NCBI GenBank assembly: GCA_964016885.1
Contig: OZ024759.1
Location: 3,720,001 to 3,784,000, forward strand
From: Eledone cirrhosa
Taxonomy: Eukaryota
Length of the DNA stretch: 64,000 bases
Direction of reading: 5' to 3'
Numbering within the stretch: position 1 is the first letter of the stretch; every line of letters starts with the position of its first letter. Below, one piece after another: positions 35,916-48,100 of this stretch. The notes below the pieces were generated by a model, which ran no database searches, was not told the DNA's origin, and saw nothing but the letters and a program-made list of their open reading frames with translations. Position numbers and translations under genes: made by a program.

Positions 35916-36309
35916 TGCTAGGTCATGTGTAGCTAGGTCAGGTCAGGTTTCTGCTTGCTACTGGTACCTTATAACTCAGTACAACCTGCTTCATGGTAGA
36001 GTAGGCGGTGACTAAAACAGTTCCCCTACCAAACCAGGGTCTAGTGGGGGAGCTGGTTTAGGGGAACCCCAGCAGCACAAAATGATGAGCTGTTAAAGTT
36101 CTATCTCATAAGAGACTTTTAATGATAGAGGCCCCAGTCAAGTTGTTACAGCTCACATGTGTTAGTTTAGCTGATCCCCTACATGGTTCTATCTCAGAGG
36201 CGATTTCTCAGCTGTTTTAATGAAAAACAATATGAAAAAATGTGCCCTGGTTAAGATACATAAAATTTCATGAGAATAAATTCTTACATTTATCGTCATT
36301 ATATGTTCA

Positions 36310-36730
36310 TTTTTTTAAATGTTTGCAGGGATTGAATGGATCTTATCTAGCAGAGTTTCCCTCCACAGTTCCTTAGTGATCTCTGTGAGGTTCACTCCAT
36401 CTCATCTGCCCAAGTCTTCCTCTACTTCTTTCCATCGAGATCTCTTGGCACTTCTTCACCCAACAATCATCATCCATATGCATCACATGTCCATACCAGC
36501 AGAGAACACTACATCTGAATCCTCATATCTAATTATTATTTCAGCTCATCTGAGCTTTGACTTCCATGCACATTAACATCACACATCCATTAGAACATGT
36601 TTGACTCATTTCTCTTCAGACATTGCATATCTTCTCTATTTACTGCCCATGTCTCATTACATGCAGCACCATACTTTGTATTTAGCCAGAATACAGCCTA
36701 CCGACCATACAACATTATACAGCCATCATT
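36310..36730 (-). mobile_element. Old RTE LINE 3' fragment
   Basis: Minus strand ...WYGHVMHMDDDCWVKKCQEI..., same family as 800-1160. Confidence 0.65.
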
Positions 36731-37172
36731 CACTGACAATTCTCCATGGTTATAAAGGCCCCCATCAGTCTCTAATGATCATGGTTTTGTACCTAGAAAG
36801 TTTCCCTCCAAGGAATAAGCCTGGGCAAGGTTTGTTTGTGGAAGACCAGCAGTCACCCATGCATACCAGCCTCCCTTCTCCATGCCACCGATGATGTCCA
36901 AGGCAAAGGCAATGGTTGAGACAGCTTGGCACCAGTGACGTCGCAACTCATTTACAGCTGAGTAAACTGGAGCAATGTGAAATAAACTCAGTCTGAGAAT
37001 TGAACTCACAATCTCTCAATTGCAAGCCCAACACTCTAAGCACTAAGCCGTGGTTATACAACATCAGATTTCATATGTAGGTAACATACAACCTCTCTTT
37101 CCTATGTAGAGAGAAACCATTCATTGTCAAGAGAGAAGCTCCCAGGACATATATACATTAAGCTATACTTAC

Positions 37173-37398
37173 ATGTGTAAGTACATTGACATTGCTCCAA
37201 ATCTCCTTGCCGATATTATGTCTCATCATTATCTCTATAGCAGTTCCATTAGGAATCAATATGGTGTAATCACATTTCTGGAAGCCACACTGTGCATAAT
37301 CTTTGGGCAGATAAGCCTGGCTATTGTGGCTGTTTGAAGTTTTATCATCAGTCAGTTCATGTTGTAGTCCAGTTACACGTAAAGCAGAAAATGGTTGC
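37173..37398 (-). CDS. Next internal exon of the fasciclin protein, N-terminal part of a further FAS1 domain (H1 motif)
   Basis: ttatttgttag|G CAA CCA...ACA CAT|gtaagt. 226 bp, phase 2-0, joins the previous exon in frame (AT+G=Met). QPFSALRVTGLQHELTD...CDYTILIPNGTAIEIM resembles the H1 motif T(I/V)FAPTN.AF. Confidence 0.8.
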
Positions 37399-37607
37399 CT
37401 AACAAATAATAATAATGGTTTCTGATTTAAGCACAAGGCCAACAATTTGGGGGAATGGGAAAGTTCATTAAATTTACACCATAAGGATGAAAGGCAAAGC
37501 TAATCTCGGTGGGATTTGAGCTCAGAACGTAACTATGCCGCTAAGCATGTTATCCGACACTCTACCGATTCTGCCAATCCACTGGTAGTAGTAATAGTAA
37601 TAATAAT

Positions 37608-37860
37608 ACCTGTCCTGCACAAACAACAATATAACTCTCAAAGAAACTGAGAAATTAATCAAATATAAAGATTTGGAGACAGAAATAAGCTGAATATGGA
37701 TGTTGAAAACAGAAACAATTCCCCTAGTAATAGGGAATGATTTAAAAAACAATACAGATACATAAGTAAAGTCCCATGACAAATATATATAACATGCTGA
37801 AAATAACACTACTAGATACTATAAACATATTACAATTTGTGAGGATATAAAAATGATATA
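37608..37860 (+). mobile_element. R4/Dong-like non-LTR element C-terminal restriction-like endonuclease remnant
   Basis: CPAQTT/NNITLKETEKLIKYKDLETEIS*IWMLKTETIPLVIG resembles the RLE motif K..EK..KY.DL..E....W......P.V.G. Confidence 0.65.
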
Positions 37861-38254
37861 TTTTCCTTATTTCACACGAGAATACTCTTTGTTCTAAAGC
37901 TAGTCTTGTTAACCACTCATGGCTACATGAACTAAGGTAAGTTAATAACAGCTCATTCAAGGACCATATGTTGGCTCATGTAGCATACATTTATCTTGAT
38001 TCTCAATTGCATTTAACTGAGAAGCGACATCTATGTCGTGGTAAACCTGTTGATGGTCTGAAGAGACACGTGACTGAAGACAATATTGTCTTTATTATGC
38101 ATTGCTTTTAAAGCTAAAAATCATCAGATGTCAAAAATATTAGAGACAAAAAATGATGTCAACAACTACAACAATAAGAAAATGAGGGAGATATGACAAA
38201 ACAAGTAAAAGAAAACATTAGATTGATTAATATTTCAGAGTTGTACTTGTCTAG

Positions 38255-38570
38255 CAGATGTCTTGATCTGAGACTGTGTTGTAAATGTCTGGCAGATGAC
38301 TTGATCTGAGACTGTTGTACATGTCTGGCAGTTGACTTGATCTGAGACTGTGTTGTACATGTCTGGCAGATGACTTGATTCTGAGACTGTGTTGTACATG
38401 TATACCAGATGATTGATCTGAGACTATGTTGTACATGTCTGACATATGACTTGATCTGAGACTGTGTTGTACATGTCTGACAAGTGACTTGATCTGAGTG
38501 TGTTGTACATGTCTGGCAGGTGAGTTGATCCGAGACTGTGTTGGTGTGTATATGTCTGGCAGGTGACCAT
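38255..38570. repeat. ~38-bp minisatellite, ~8 units
   Basis: unit gacttgatctgagactgtgttgtacatgtctggcagat. Confidence 0.85.
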
Positions 38571-38731
38571 GTCATTGATAGAGCCTCACTATCAGTGACT
38601 GTGTCAGTGACACGGTCATAAAATATGCAATGAAAATTTTGACACTAAGAAATGTAAAAATAAATGTAAAAATAAATGACTAATTTTAACTAATTAGTCA
38701 AAAATAAATGAAAAAAAAAAAAAAATTTTAC

Positions 38732-38882
38732 ATTTGAAGCCAAGGGTGATTATAGATGAGACTGGGTATATCCAAATCAGGAATGCCAAATACTTTATCA
38801 ATCTTTTGAATGAGGCCGTTAGTACAACCAATGTCTGCAGTAATTAGTTTAGCTTGGACACCGGCACCATCAACATAACGAT
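38732..38882 (-). CDS. Internal exon of a fasciclin (FAS1) domain protein, C-terminal H2 motif
   Basis: tttctgtctccacag|AT CGT...CAA AT|gtaaaa. 151 bp, phase 1-2. [34 protein letters not shown] matches the FAS1 H2 consensus (A.I...DI..TNG.IH.IDKVL). Confidence 0.85.
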
Positions 38883-39199
38883 CTGTGGAGACAGAAATTA
38901 TAAAACAACAATGTCTTAGCAATGATTTAACACGTGTGTATGTGTACGAATGTGTGAGTGTGTGTGCATATGAGTGTCTATATGTATATGTGCGCATGTG
39001 TACATGTGTTTATGTGTGTCAACAAGAATATGTATCTGTGTGCATATGTATATTTGTGTGTGTGTGTGTGTGCGTATGTGTCTATGTGTGTTGTGTGTCT
39101 ATGTGTGTGTGTCTATGTGTCTACGTTTATGTGTCTCCATGTATATGTGTATGTGTGAGTATGTATGTGTGTCTAAGTATATATGTGTCTGTGAGTGAG

Positions 39200-42100
39200 C
39201 GTGTCTACAGAGCCTGTGTGGCTACAATGTCTGTGTGTCTACAGAGCCTGTGTGGCTACAATGTCTGTGTGTCTACAGTGTCTGTGTGGCTACAGTGTCT
39301 GTGTCTACAGTGACTGTGTGTCTACAATGTCTGTGTGTCTACAATGTCTGTGTGTCTACAATGTCTGTGTGTCTACAGTGCCTGTGTCTACATTGTCTGT
39401 GTCTACAATGTCTGTGTGTCTACAGTGTCTGTGTGTCTACAATGCCTGTGTGTCTACAGTGTCTGTGTCTCTACAGTGTCTGTGTATCTACAATGTCTGT
39501 GTGTCTACAGTGTCTGTGTGTCTACAGTGTCTGTGTCTACAGTGTCTGTGTGTCTACAGTGTCTGTGTCTACAGTGTCTGTGTGTCTACAGTGTCTGTGT
39601 GTCTACAATGTCTGTGTGTCTACAGTGTCTGTGTGTCTACAGTGCCTGTGTCTACAGTGTCTGTGTTTCTATAGTGACTGTGTCTACAGTGTCTGTGTGT
39701 CTACAGTGTCTACAATGTCTGTGTGTCTACAATGTCTGTGTCTACAGTGTCTGTGTCTACAGTGTCTGTGTCTACAGTGTCTGTGTGTCTACAGTGTCTG
39801 TGTCTACAGTGTCTGTGTGTCTACAATGTCTGTGTGTCTACAGTGTCTGTGTGTCTACAATGTCTGTGTGTCTACAGTGTCTGTGTCTACAGTGTCTGTG
39901 TGTCTACAGTGTCTGTGTGTCTACAGTGTCTGTGTGTCTACAGTGTCTGTGTCTACAGTGTCTGTGTGTCTACAGTGTCTGTGTGTCTACAGTGTCTGTG
40001 TGTCTACAGTGTCTGTGTGTCTACAGTGACTGTGTGTCTACAGTGTCTGTGTGTCTACAATGTGTGTCTACAGTGTCTACAATGTCTGTGTGTCTACAAT
40101 GTCTGTGTCTACAGTGTCTGTGCCTACAGTGTCTGTGTCTACAGTGTCTGTGTCTACAGTGTCTGTGTGTCTACAATGTCTGTGTGTCTACAGTGTCTGT
40201 GTCTACAGTGTCTGTGTGTCTACAGTGTCTGTGTGTCTACAGTGACTGTGTGTCTACAATGTCTGTGTGTCTACAATGTCTGTGTCTACAGTGTATGTGT
40301 GTCTACAGTGTCTGTGTGCCTACAATGTCTGTGTGTCTACAATGCCTGTGTCACTACATTGTCTGTCTCTACATTGTCTGTGTCTACAGTGTCTGTGTGT
40401 CTACAATGTCTGTGTGTCTACAGTGTCTGTGTGTCTACAGTGTCTGTGTGTCTACAATGTCTGTGTGTTTACAATGTCTGTGTCTACAGTGTCTGTGTGT
40501 CTACAATGTCTGTGTGTCTGTGTGTCTGTGTGTCTACAATGTCTGTGTGTCTACAGCGTCTGTATCTACAGTGTCTGTCTCTCTACAGTGCCTGTGTCTA
40601 CAATGTCTGTGTGTCTACAGTGTCTGTGTGTCTACAGTGTCTGTGTCTACACTGTCTGTGTGTCTACAGTGTCTGTGTGTCTACAATGTCTGTGTGTCTA
40701 CAGTGTCTGTGTGTCTACAGTGTCTGTGTGTCTACAGTGTATGTGTCTACAGTGACTGTGTGTCTACAGTGTCTGTGTGTCTACAATGTTTGTGTGTCTA
40801 CAGTGTCTCTGTGTCTACAATGCCTGTGTCTACAGTGCCTGTGTCTACAGTGCCTGTGTCTACAATGTCTGTGTGTCTACAGTGTCTGTGTGTCTACAGT
40901 GTCTGTGTGTCTACAGTGTCTGTGTTTCTACAGTGTCTGTGTGTCTACAGTGACTGTATATACAGTGTCTGTGTGTCTACAGTGTCTGTGTGTCTGTGTG
41001 TCTACAACGCCTGTGTCTACAGTGTCTGTGTGTCTACAATATCTGTGTCTACAGTGTCTGTGTGTCTAAAATGTCTGTGTCTACAGTGACTGTGTGTCTA
41101 CAGTGTGTGTGTGTCTACAATGTCTGTGTGTCTACAGTGTTTGTGTGTCTACAGTGTCTCTGTGTCTACAATGCCTGTGTCTACAGTGCCTGTGTCTACA
41201 ATGTCTGTGTCTACAATGTCTGTGTGTCTACAGTGTCTGTGTGTCTACAGTGTCTATGTCTAGTGTCTGTGTGTCTACAGTGTCTGTGTCTACAGTGTCT
41301 GTGTGTCTACAGTGTCTGTGTGTCTACAATGTCTGTGTGTCTACAATGTCTGTGTGTCTACAGTGTCTGTGTGTCTACAGTGTCTGTGTGTCTACAGTGT
41401 CTGTGTGTCTACAGTGACTGTATATACAGTGTCTGTGTGTCTACAGTGTCTGTGTGTCTACAGTGTCTGTGTGTCTACAATGCCTGTGTCTACAGTGTAT
41501 GTGTGTCTACAGTGTCTGTGTCTACTGTGTCTACAGTGTCTGTGTCTACAGTGTCTGAGTCTACAATGTCTGTGTGTCTACAGTGTCTGTGTGTGTACAG
41601 TGTCTGTGTCTACAGTGTCTGTGTCTACAGTGTCTGAGTCTACAATGTCTGTGTGTCTACAATGCCTGTGTCTACAGTGTCTGTGTGTCTGTGTCTACAG
41701 TGTCTGTGACTACAAAGCCTGTGTCTACAGTGTCTGTGTGTCTACAGTGTCTGTGTCTACAGTGTCTGTGTCTGCAGTGTCTGAGTCTACAATGTCTGTG
41801 TGTCTACAGTGTCTGTGTCTACAGTGTCTGTGTGTCTACAGTGTCTGTGTGTCTACAATGTCTGTGTGTCTACAGTGTCTGTGTGTCTACAGTGTCGGTG
41901 TGTCTACAGTGTCTGTGTGTCTACAGTGTATGTGTCTACAGTGACTGTGTGTCTACAGTGTCTGTGTGTCTACAATGTTTGTGTGTCTACAGTGTCTCTG
42001 TGTCTACAATGCCTGTGTCTACAGTGCCTGTGTCAACAGTGCCTGTGTCTACAATGTCTGTGTGTCTACAGTGTCTGTGTGTCTACAGTGTCTGTGTGTC

Positions 42101-45100
42101 TACAGTGTCTGTGTGTCTACAGTGTCTGTGTTTCTACAGTGTCTGTGTGTCTACAGTGACTGTATATACAGTGTCTGTGTGTCTACAGTGTCTGTGTGTC
42201 TACAGTGTCTACAGTGTCTGTGTGTCTACAATATCTGTGTCTACAGTGTCTGTGTGTCTAAAATGTCTGTGTCTACAGTGACTGTGTGTCTACAGTGTCT
42301 GTGTGTCTACAATGTCTGTGTGTCTACAGTGTCTGTGTGTCTACAGTGTCTCTGTGTCTACAATGCCTGTGTCTACAGTGCCTGTGTCTACAATGTCTGT
42401 GTGTCTACAGTGTCTGTGTGTCTACAGTGTCTATGTCTACAGTGTCTGTGTGTCTACAGTGTCTGTGTCTACAGTGTCTGTGTGTCTACAGTGTCTGTGT
42501 GTCTACAGTGTCTATGTCTACAGTGTCTGTGTGTCTACAGTGTCTATGTCTACAGTGTCTGTGTGTCTACAGTGACTGTATATACAGTGTCTGTGTGTCT
42601 ACAGTGTTTGTGTGTCTACAGTGTCTGTTTGTCTACAATGCCTGTGTCTACAGTGTATGTGTGTCTACAGTGTCTGTGTCTACTGTGTCTACAATGTCTG
42701 AGTCTACAATGTCTGTGTGTCTACAGTGTCTGTGTGTGTACAGTGTCTGTGTCTACAGTGTCTGTGTCTACAGTGTCTGAGTCTACAATGCCTGTGTGTC
42801 TACAATGCCTGTGTCTACAGTGTCCGTGTGTCTGTGTCTACAGTGTCTGTGTCTACAATACCTGTGTCTAGAGTGTCTGTGTGTCTACAGTGTCTGAGTC
42901 TACAATGTCTGTGTGTCTACAATGCCTGTGTCTACAGTGTCCGTGTGTCTGTGTCTACAGTGTCTGTGACTACAAAGCCTGTGTCTACAGTGTCTGTGTG
43001 TCTACAGTGTCTGTGTCTACAGTGTCTGAGTCTACAATGTCTGTGTGTCTACAGTGTCTGTGTCTACAGTGTCTGTGTGTCTACAGTGTCTGTGTGTCTA
43101 CAATGTCTGTGTGTCTACAGTGTCTGTGTGTCTACAGTGTATGTGTCTACAGTGACTGTGTGTCTACAGTGTCTGTGTGTCTACAATGTTTGTGTGTCTA
43201 CAGTGTCTCTGTGTCTACAATGCCTGTGTCTACAGTGCCTGTGTCAACAGTGCCTGTGTCTACAATGTCTGTGTGTCTACAGTGTCTGTGTGTCTACAGT
43301 GTCTGTGTCTACAGTGTCTGTGTGTCTACAATGTCTTTGTGTCTACAATGTCTGTGTGTCTACAGTGTCTGTGTCTACAGTGTCTGTGTGTCTACAGTGT
43401 CTGTGTCTACAGTGTCTGTGTGTCTACAGTGTCTGTGTGTCTACAGTGTCTGTGTCTACAGTGTCTGTGTGTCTACAGTGTCTGTGTCTACAGTGTCTGT
43501 GTGTCTACAGTGTCTGTGTGTCTACAATGTCTGTGTGTCTACAATGTCTGTGTGTCTACAGTGTCTGTGTGTCTACAGTGTCTGTGTGTCTACAGTGTCT
43601 GTGTGTCTACAGTGACTGTGTATCTACAGTGTCTGTGTGTCTACAATGCCTGTGTCTCTACATTGTCTGTGTCTACAGTGTCTGTGTGTCTACAATGTCT
43701 GTGTGTCTACAGTGTCTGTGTGTCTACAGTGTCTGTGTGTCTACAATGTCTGTGTCTCTACATTGTCTGTGTCTCTACAGTGTATCTGTCTACAGTGTCT
43801 GTGTGTCTACAATGTCTGTGTGTCTACAATGTCTGTGTGTCTACAATGTCTGTGTGTCTACAATGTCTGTGTGTCTACAATGTCTGCGTGTCTACAGTGT
43901 CTCTGTGTCTACAGTGTCTGTGTGTCTACAGTGTCTGTGTTTCTACAGTGTCTGTGTGTCTACAGTGTCTGTGTGTGTACAGTGTCTGTGTCTACTGTGT
44001 CTACAGTGTCTGTGTCTACAGTGTCTGAGTCTACAATGTCTGTGTGTCTACAGTGTCTGTGTGTGTACAGTGTCTGTGTCTACAGTGTCTGAGTCTACAA
44101 TGTCTGTGTGTCTACAATGCCTGTGTCTACAGTGTCCGTGTGTCTGTGTCTACAGTGTCTGTGTCTACAATACCTGTGTCTACAGTGTCTGTGTGTCTAC
44201 AGTCTCTGAGTCTACAATGTCTGTGTGTCTACAATGCCTGTGTCTACAGTGTCCGTGTGTCTGTGTCTACAGTGTCTGTGAATACAATGCCTGTGTCTAC
44301 AGTGTCTGTGTGTCTGTGTCTACAGTGTCTGTGTCTACAGTGTCTGAGTCTACAATGTCTGTGTGTCTACAGTGTCTGTGTCTACAATGTCTGTGTCTAC
44401 AGTGTCCGTGTGTCTGTCTACAGTGTCTGTGTGTCTACAGTGTCTGTGTCTACAGTGACTGTGTGTCTACAGTGTCTGTGTGTCTACAATATGTGTCTAC
44501 AGTGTCTGTGTCTACAGTGTCTGTGTGTCTACACTGTCTGTCTGTCTACAGTGTTTGTGTATCTACAGTGTCTGTGTGTCTACAATGTATGTGTGTCTAC
44601 AGTGTCTGTGTGTCTACGTCTGTGTGTCTACAGTGTCTGTGTGTCTACAGTGTATGTGTCTCTACATTGTCTGTGTGTCTACAGTGTCTGTGTCTACAGT
44701 GTCTGTGTGTCTACAGTGTCTGTGTGTCTACAGTGTCTGTGTGTCTACAGTGTCTGTGTCTACAGTGTCTGTCTGTCTACAGTGTCTGTGTCTACAGTGT
44801 CTGTGTGTCTACAATGTCTGTGTGTCTACAATGTCTGTGTGTCTACAGTGTCTGTGTCTACAGTGTCTGTGTGTCTACAGTGTCTGTGTCTACAGTGTCT
44901 GTGTGTCCACAGTGTCTGTGTCTACAGTGTCTGTGTGTCTACAGTGTCTGTGTCTACAGTGTCTGTGTGTCTACAGTGTCTGTGTCTACAGTGTCTGTGT
45001 GTCTACAGTGTCTGTGTGTCTACAATGTCTGTGTGTCTACAATGTCTGTGTGTCTACAGTGTCTGTGTGTCTACAGTGTCTGTGTATCTACAGTGTCTGT

Positions 45101-48100
45101 GTGTCTACAGTGACTGTGTGTCTACAATGTCTGTGTGTCTACAATGTCTGTCTCTACAGTGTCTGTGTATCTACAGTGTCTGTGTGTCTACAATGCCTGT
45201 GTCTCTACATTGTCTGTGTCTACAGTGTCTGTGTGTCTACAATGTCTGTGTGTCTACAATGTCTGTGTCTCTACAGTGTCTGTGTGTCTACAATGTCTGT
45301 GTGTTTACAATGTCTGTGTCTACAGTGTCTGTGTGTCTACAGTGTCTGTGTGTCTACAATATCTGTGTGTCTACAATATCTGTGTGTCTACAGTGTCTGT
45401 ATCTACAGTGTCTGTGTCTCTACAGTGTCTGTGTCTACAATGTCTGTGTGTCTAAGGTGTCTGTGTGTCTACAGTGTCTGTGTGTCTACAATGTCTGTGT
45501 GTCTACAGTGACTGTGTGTCTACAGTGTCTGTGTGTCTAAAATGTCTGTGTCTACAGTTTCTGTGTGTCTACAGTGTCTGTGTGTCTACAATGTCTGTGT
45601 CTACAGTGTCTGTGTCTACAGTGTCTGTGTGTCTAAAATGTCTGTGTCTACAGTGACTGTGTGTCTACAGTGTCTACAATGTTTGTGTGTCTACAGTGTC
45701 TCTGTGTCTACAATGCCTGTGTCTACAGTGCCTGTGTCTACAATGACTGTGTGTCTACAGTGTCTGTGTGTCTACAGTGTCTGTGTCTACAGTGTCTGTG
45801 TGTCTACAGTGTCTGTGTGTCTACAGTGTCTGTGTGTCTACAGTGTCTCTGTGTCTACAATGCCTGTGTCTACAGTGCCTGTGTCTACAATGTCTGTGTG
45901 TCTACAGTGTCTGTGTCTACAGTGTCTGTGTGTCTACAGTGTCTGTGTGTCTACAATGTCTGTGTGTCTACAATGTCTGTGTGTCTACAATGTCTGTGTG
46001 TCTACAATGTCTGTGTGTCTACAATGTCTGTGTGTCTACAGTGTCTGTGTGTCTACAGTGTCTGTGTGTCTACAGTGACTGTATATACAGTGTCTGTGTG
46101 TCTACAGTGTCTGTGTGTCTACAGTGTCTGTGTGTCTACAATGTCTGTGTCTACAGTGTCTGTGTGTCTAAAATGTCTGTGTCTACAGTTACTGTGTGTC
46201 TACAGTGTCTGTGTGTCTACAATGTCTGTGTGTCTACAGTGTCTGTGTGTCTACAGTGTCTGTGTGTCTACAATGTCTGTGTGTCTACAATGTCTGTGTG
46301 TCTACAATGTCTGTGTGTCTACAGTGTCTGTGTGTCTACAGTGTCTGTGTGTCTACAGTGTCTGTGTGTCTACAGTGACTGTATATACAGTGTCTGTGTG
46401 TCTACAGTGTCTGTGTGTCTACAGTGTCTGTGTGTCTACAATGCCTGTGTCTACAGTGTATGTGTGTCTACAGTGTCTGTGTCTACAGTGTCTGAGTCTA
46501 CAATGTCTGTGTGTCTACAGTGTCTGTGTGTGTACAGTGTCTGTGTCTACAGTGTCTGTGTCTACAGTGTCTGAGTCTACAATGTCTGTGTGTCTACAAT
46601 GCCTGTGTCTACAGTGTCTGTGTGTCTGTGTCTACAGTGTCTGTGACTACAAAGCCTGTGTCTACAGTGTCTGTGTGTCTACAGTTTCTGTGTCTACAGT
46701 GTCTGTGTCTGCAGTGTCTGAGTCTACAATGTCTGTGTGTCTACAGTGTCTGTGTCTACAGTGTCTGTGTGTCTACAGTGTCTGTGTGTCTACAATGTCT
46801 GTGTGTCTACAGTGTCTGTGTGTCTACAATGTCGGTGTGTCTACAGTGTCTGTGTGTCTACAGTGTATGTGTCTACAGTGACTGTGTGTCTACAGTGTCT
46901 GTGTGTCTACAATGTTTGTGTGTCTACAGTGTCTCTGTGTCTACAATGCCTGTGTCTACAGTGCCTGTGTCAACAGTGCCTGTGTCTACAATGTCTGTGT
47001 GTCTACAGTGTCTGTGTGTCTACAGTGTCTGTGTGTCTACAGTGTCTGTGTGTCTACAGTGTCTGTGTTTCTACAGTGTCTGTGTGTCTACAGTGACTGT
47101 ATATACAGTGTCTGTGTGTCTACAGTGTCTGTGTGTCTACAGTGTCTGTGTGTCTACAGTGTCTACAGTGTCTGTGTGTCTACAATATCTGTGTCTACAG
47201 TGTCTGTGTGTCTAAAATGTCTGTGTCTACAGTGACTGTGTGTCTACAGTGTCTGTGTGTCTACAATGTCTGTGTGTCTACAGTGTCTGTGTGTCTACAG
47301 TGTCTCTGTGTCTACAATGCCTGTGTCTACAGTGCCTGTGTCTACAATGTCTGTGTGTCTACAGTGTCTGTGTGTCTACAGTGTCTATGCCTAAGTGTCT
47401 GTGTGTCTACAGTGTCTGTGTCTACAGTGTCTGTGTGTCTACAGTGTCTGTGTGTCTACAATGTCTGTGTGTCTACAATGTCTGTGTGTCTACAGTGTCT
47501 GTGTGTCTACAGTGTCTGTGTGTCTACAGTGACTGTATATACAGTGTCTGTGTGTCTACAGTGTCTGTGTGTCTACAGTGTCTGTGTGTCTACAATGCCT
47601 GTGTCTACAGTGTATGTGTGTCTACAGTGTCTGTGTCTACTGTGTCTACAGTGTCTGTGTCTACAGTGTCTGAGTCTACAATGTCTGTGTGTCTACAGTG
47701 TTTGTGTGTGTACAGTGTCTGTGTCTACAGTGTCTGTGTCTACAGTGGCTGAGTCTACAATGTCTGTGTGTCTACAATGCCTGTGTCTACAGTGTCTGTG
47801 TGTCTGTGTCTACAGTGTCTGTGACTACAAAGCCTGTGTCTACAGTGTCTGTGTGTCTACAGTGTCTGTGTCTACAGTGTCTGTGTCTGCAGTGTCTGAG
47901 TCTACAATGTCTGTGTGTCTACAGTGTCTGTGTCTACAGTGTCTGTGTGTCTACAGTGTCTGTGTGTCTACAATGTCTGTGTGTCTACAGTGTCTGTGTG
48001 TCTACAGTGTCGGTGTGTCTACAGTGTCTGTGTGTCTACAGTGTATGTGTCTACAGTGACTGTGTGTCTACAGTGTCTGTGTGTCTACAATGTTTCTGTG

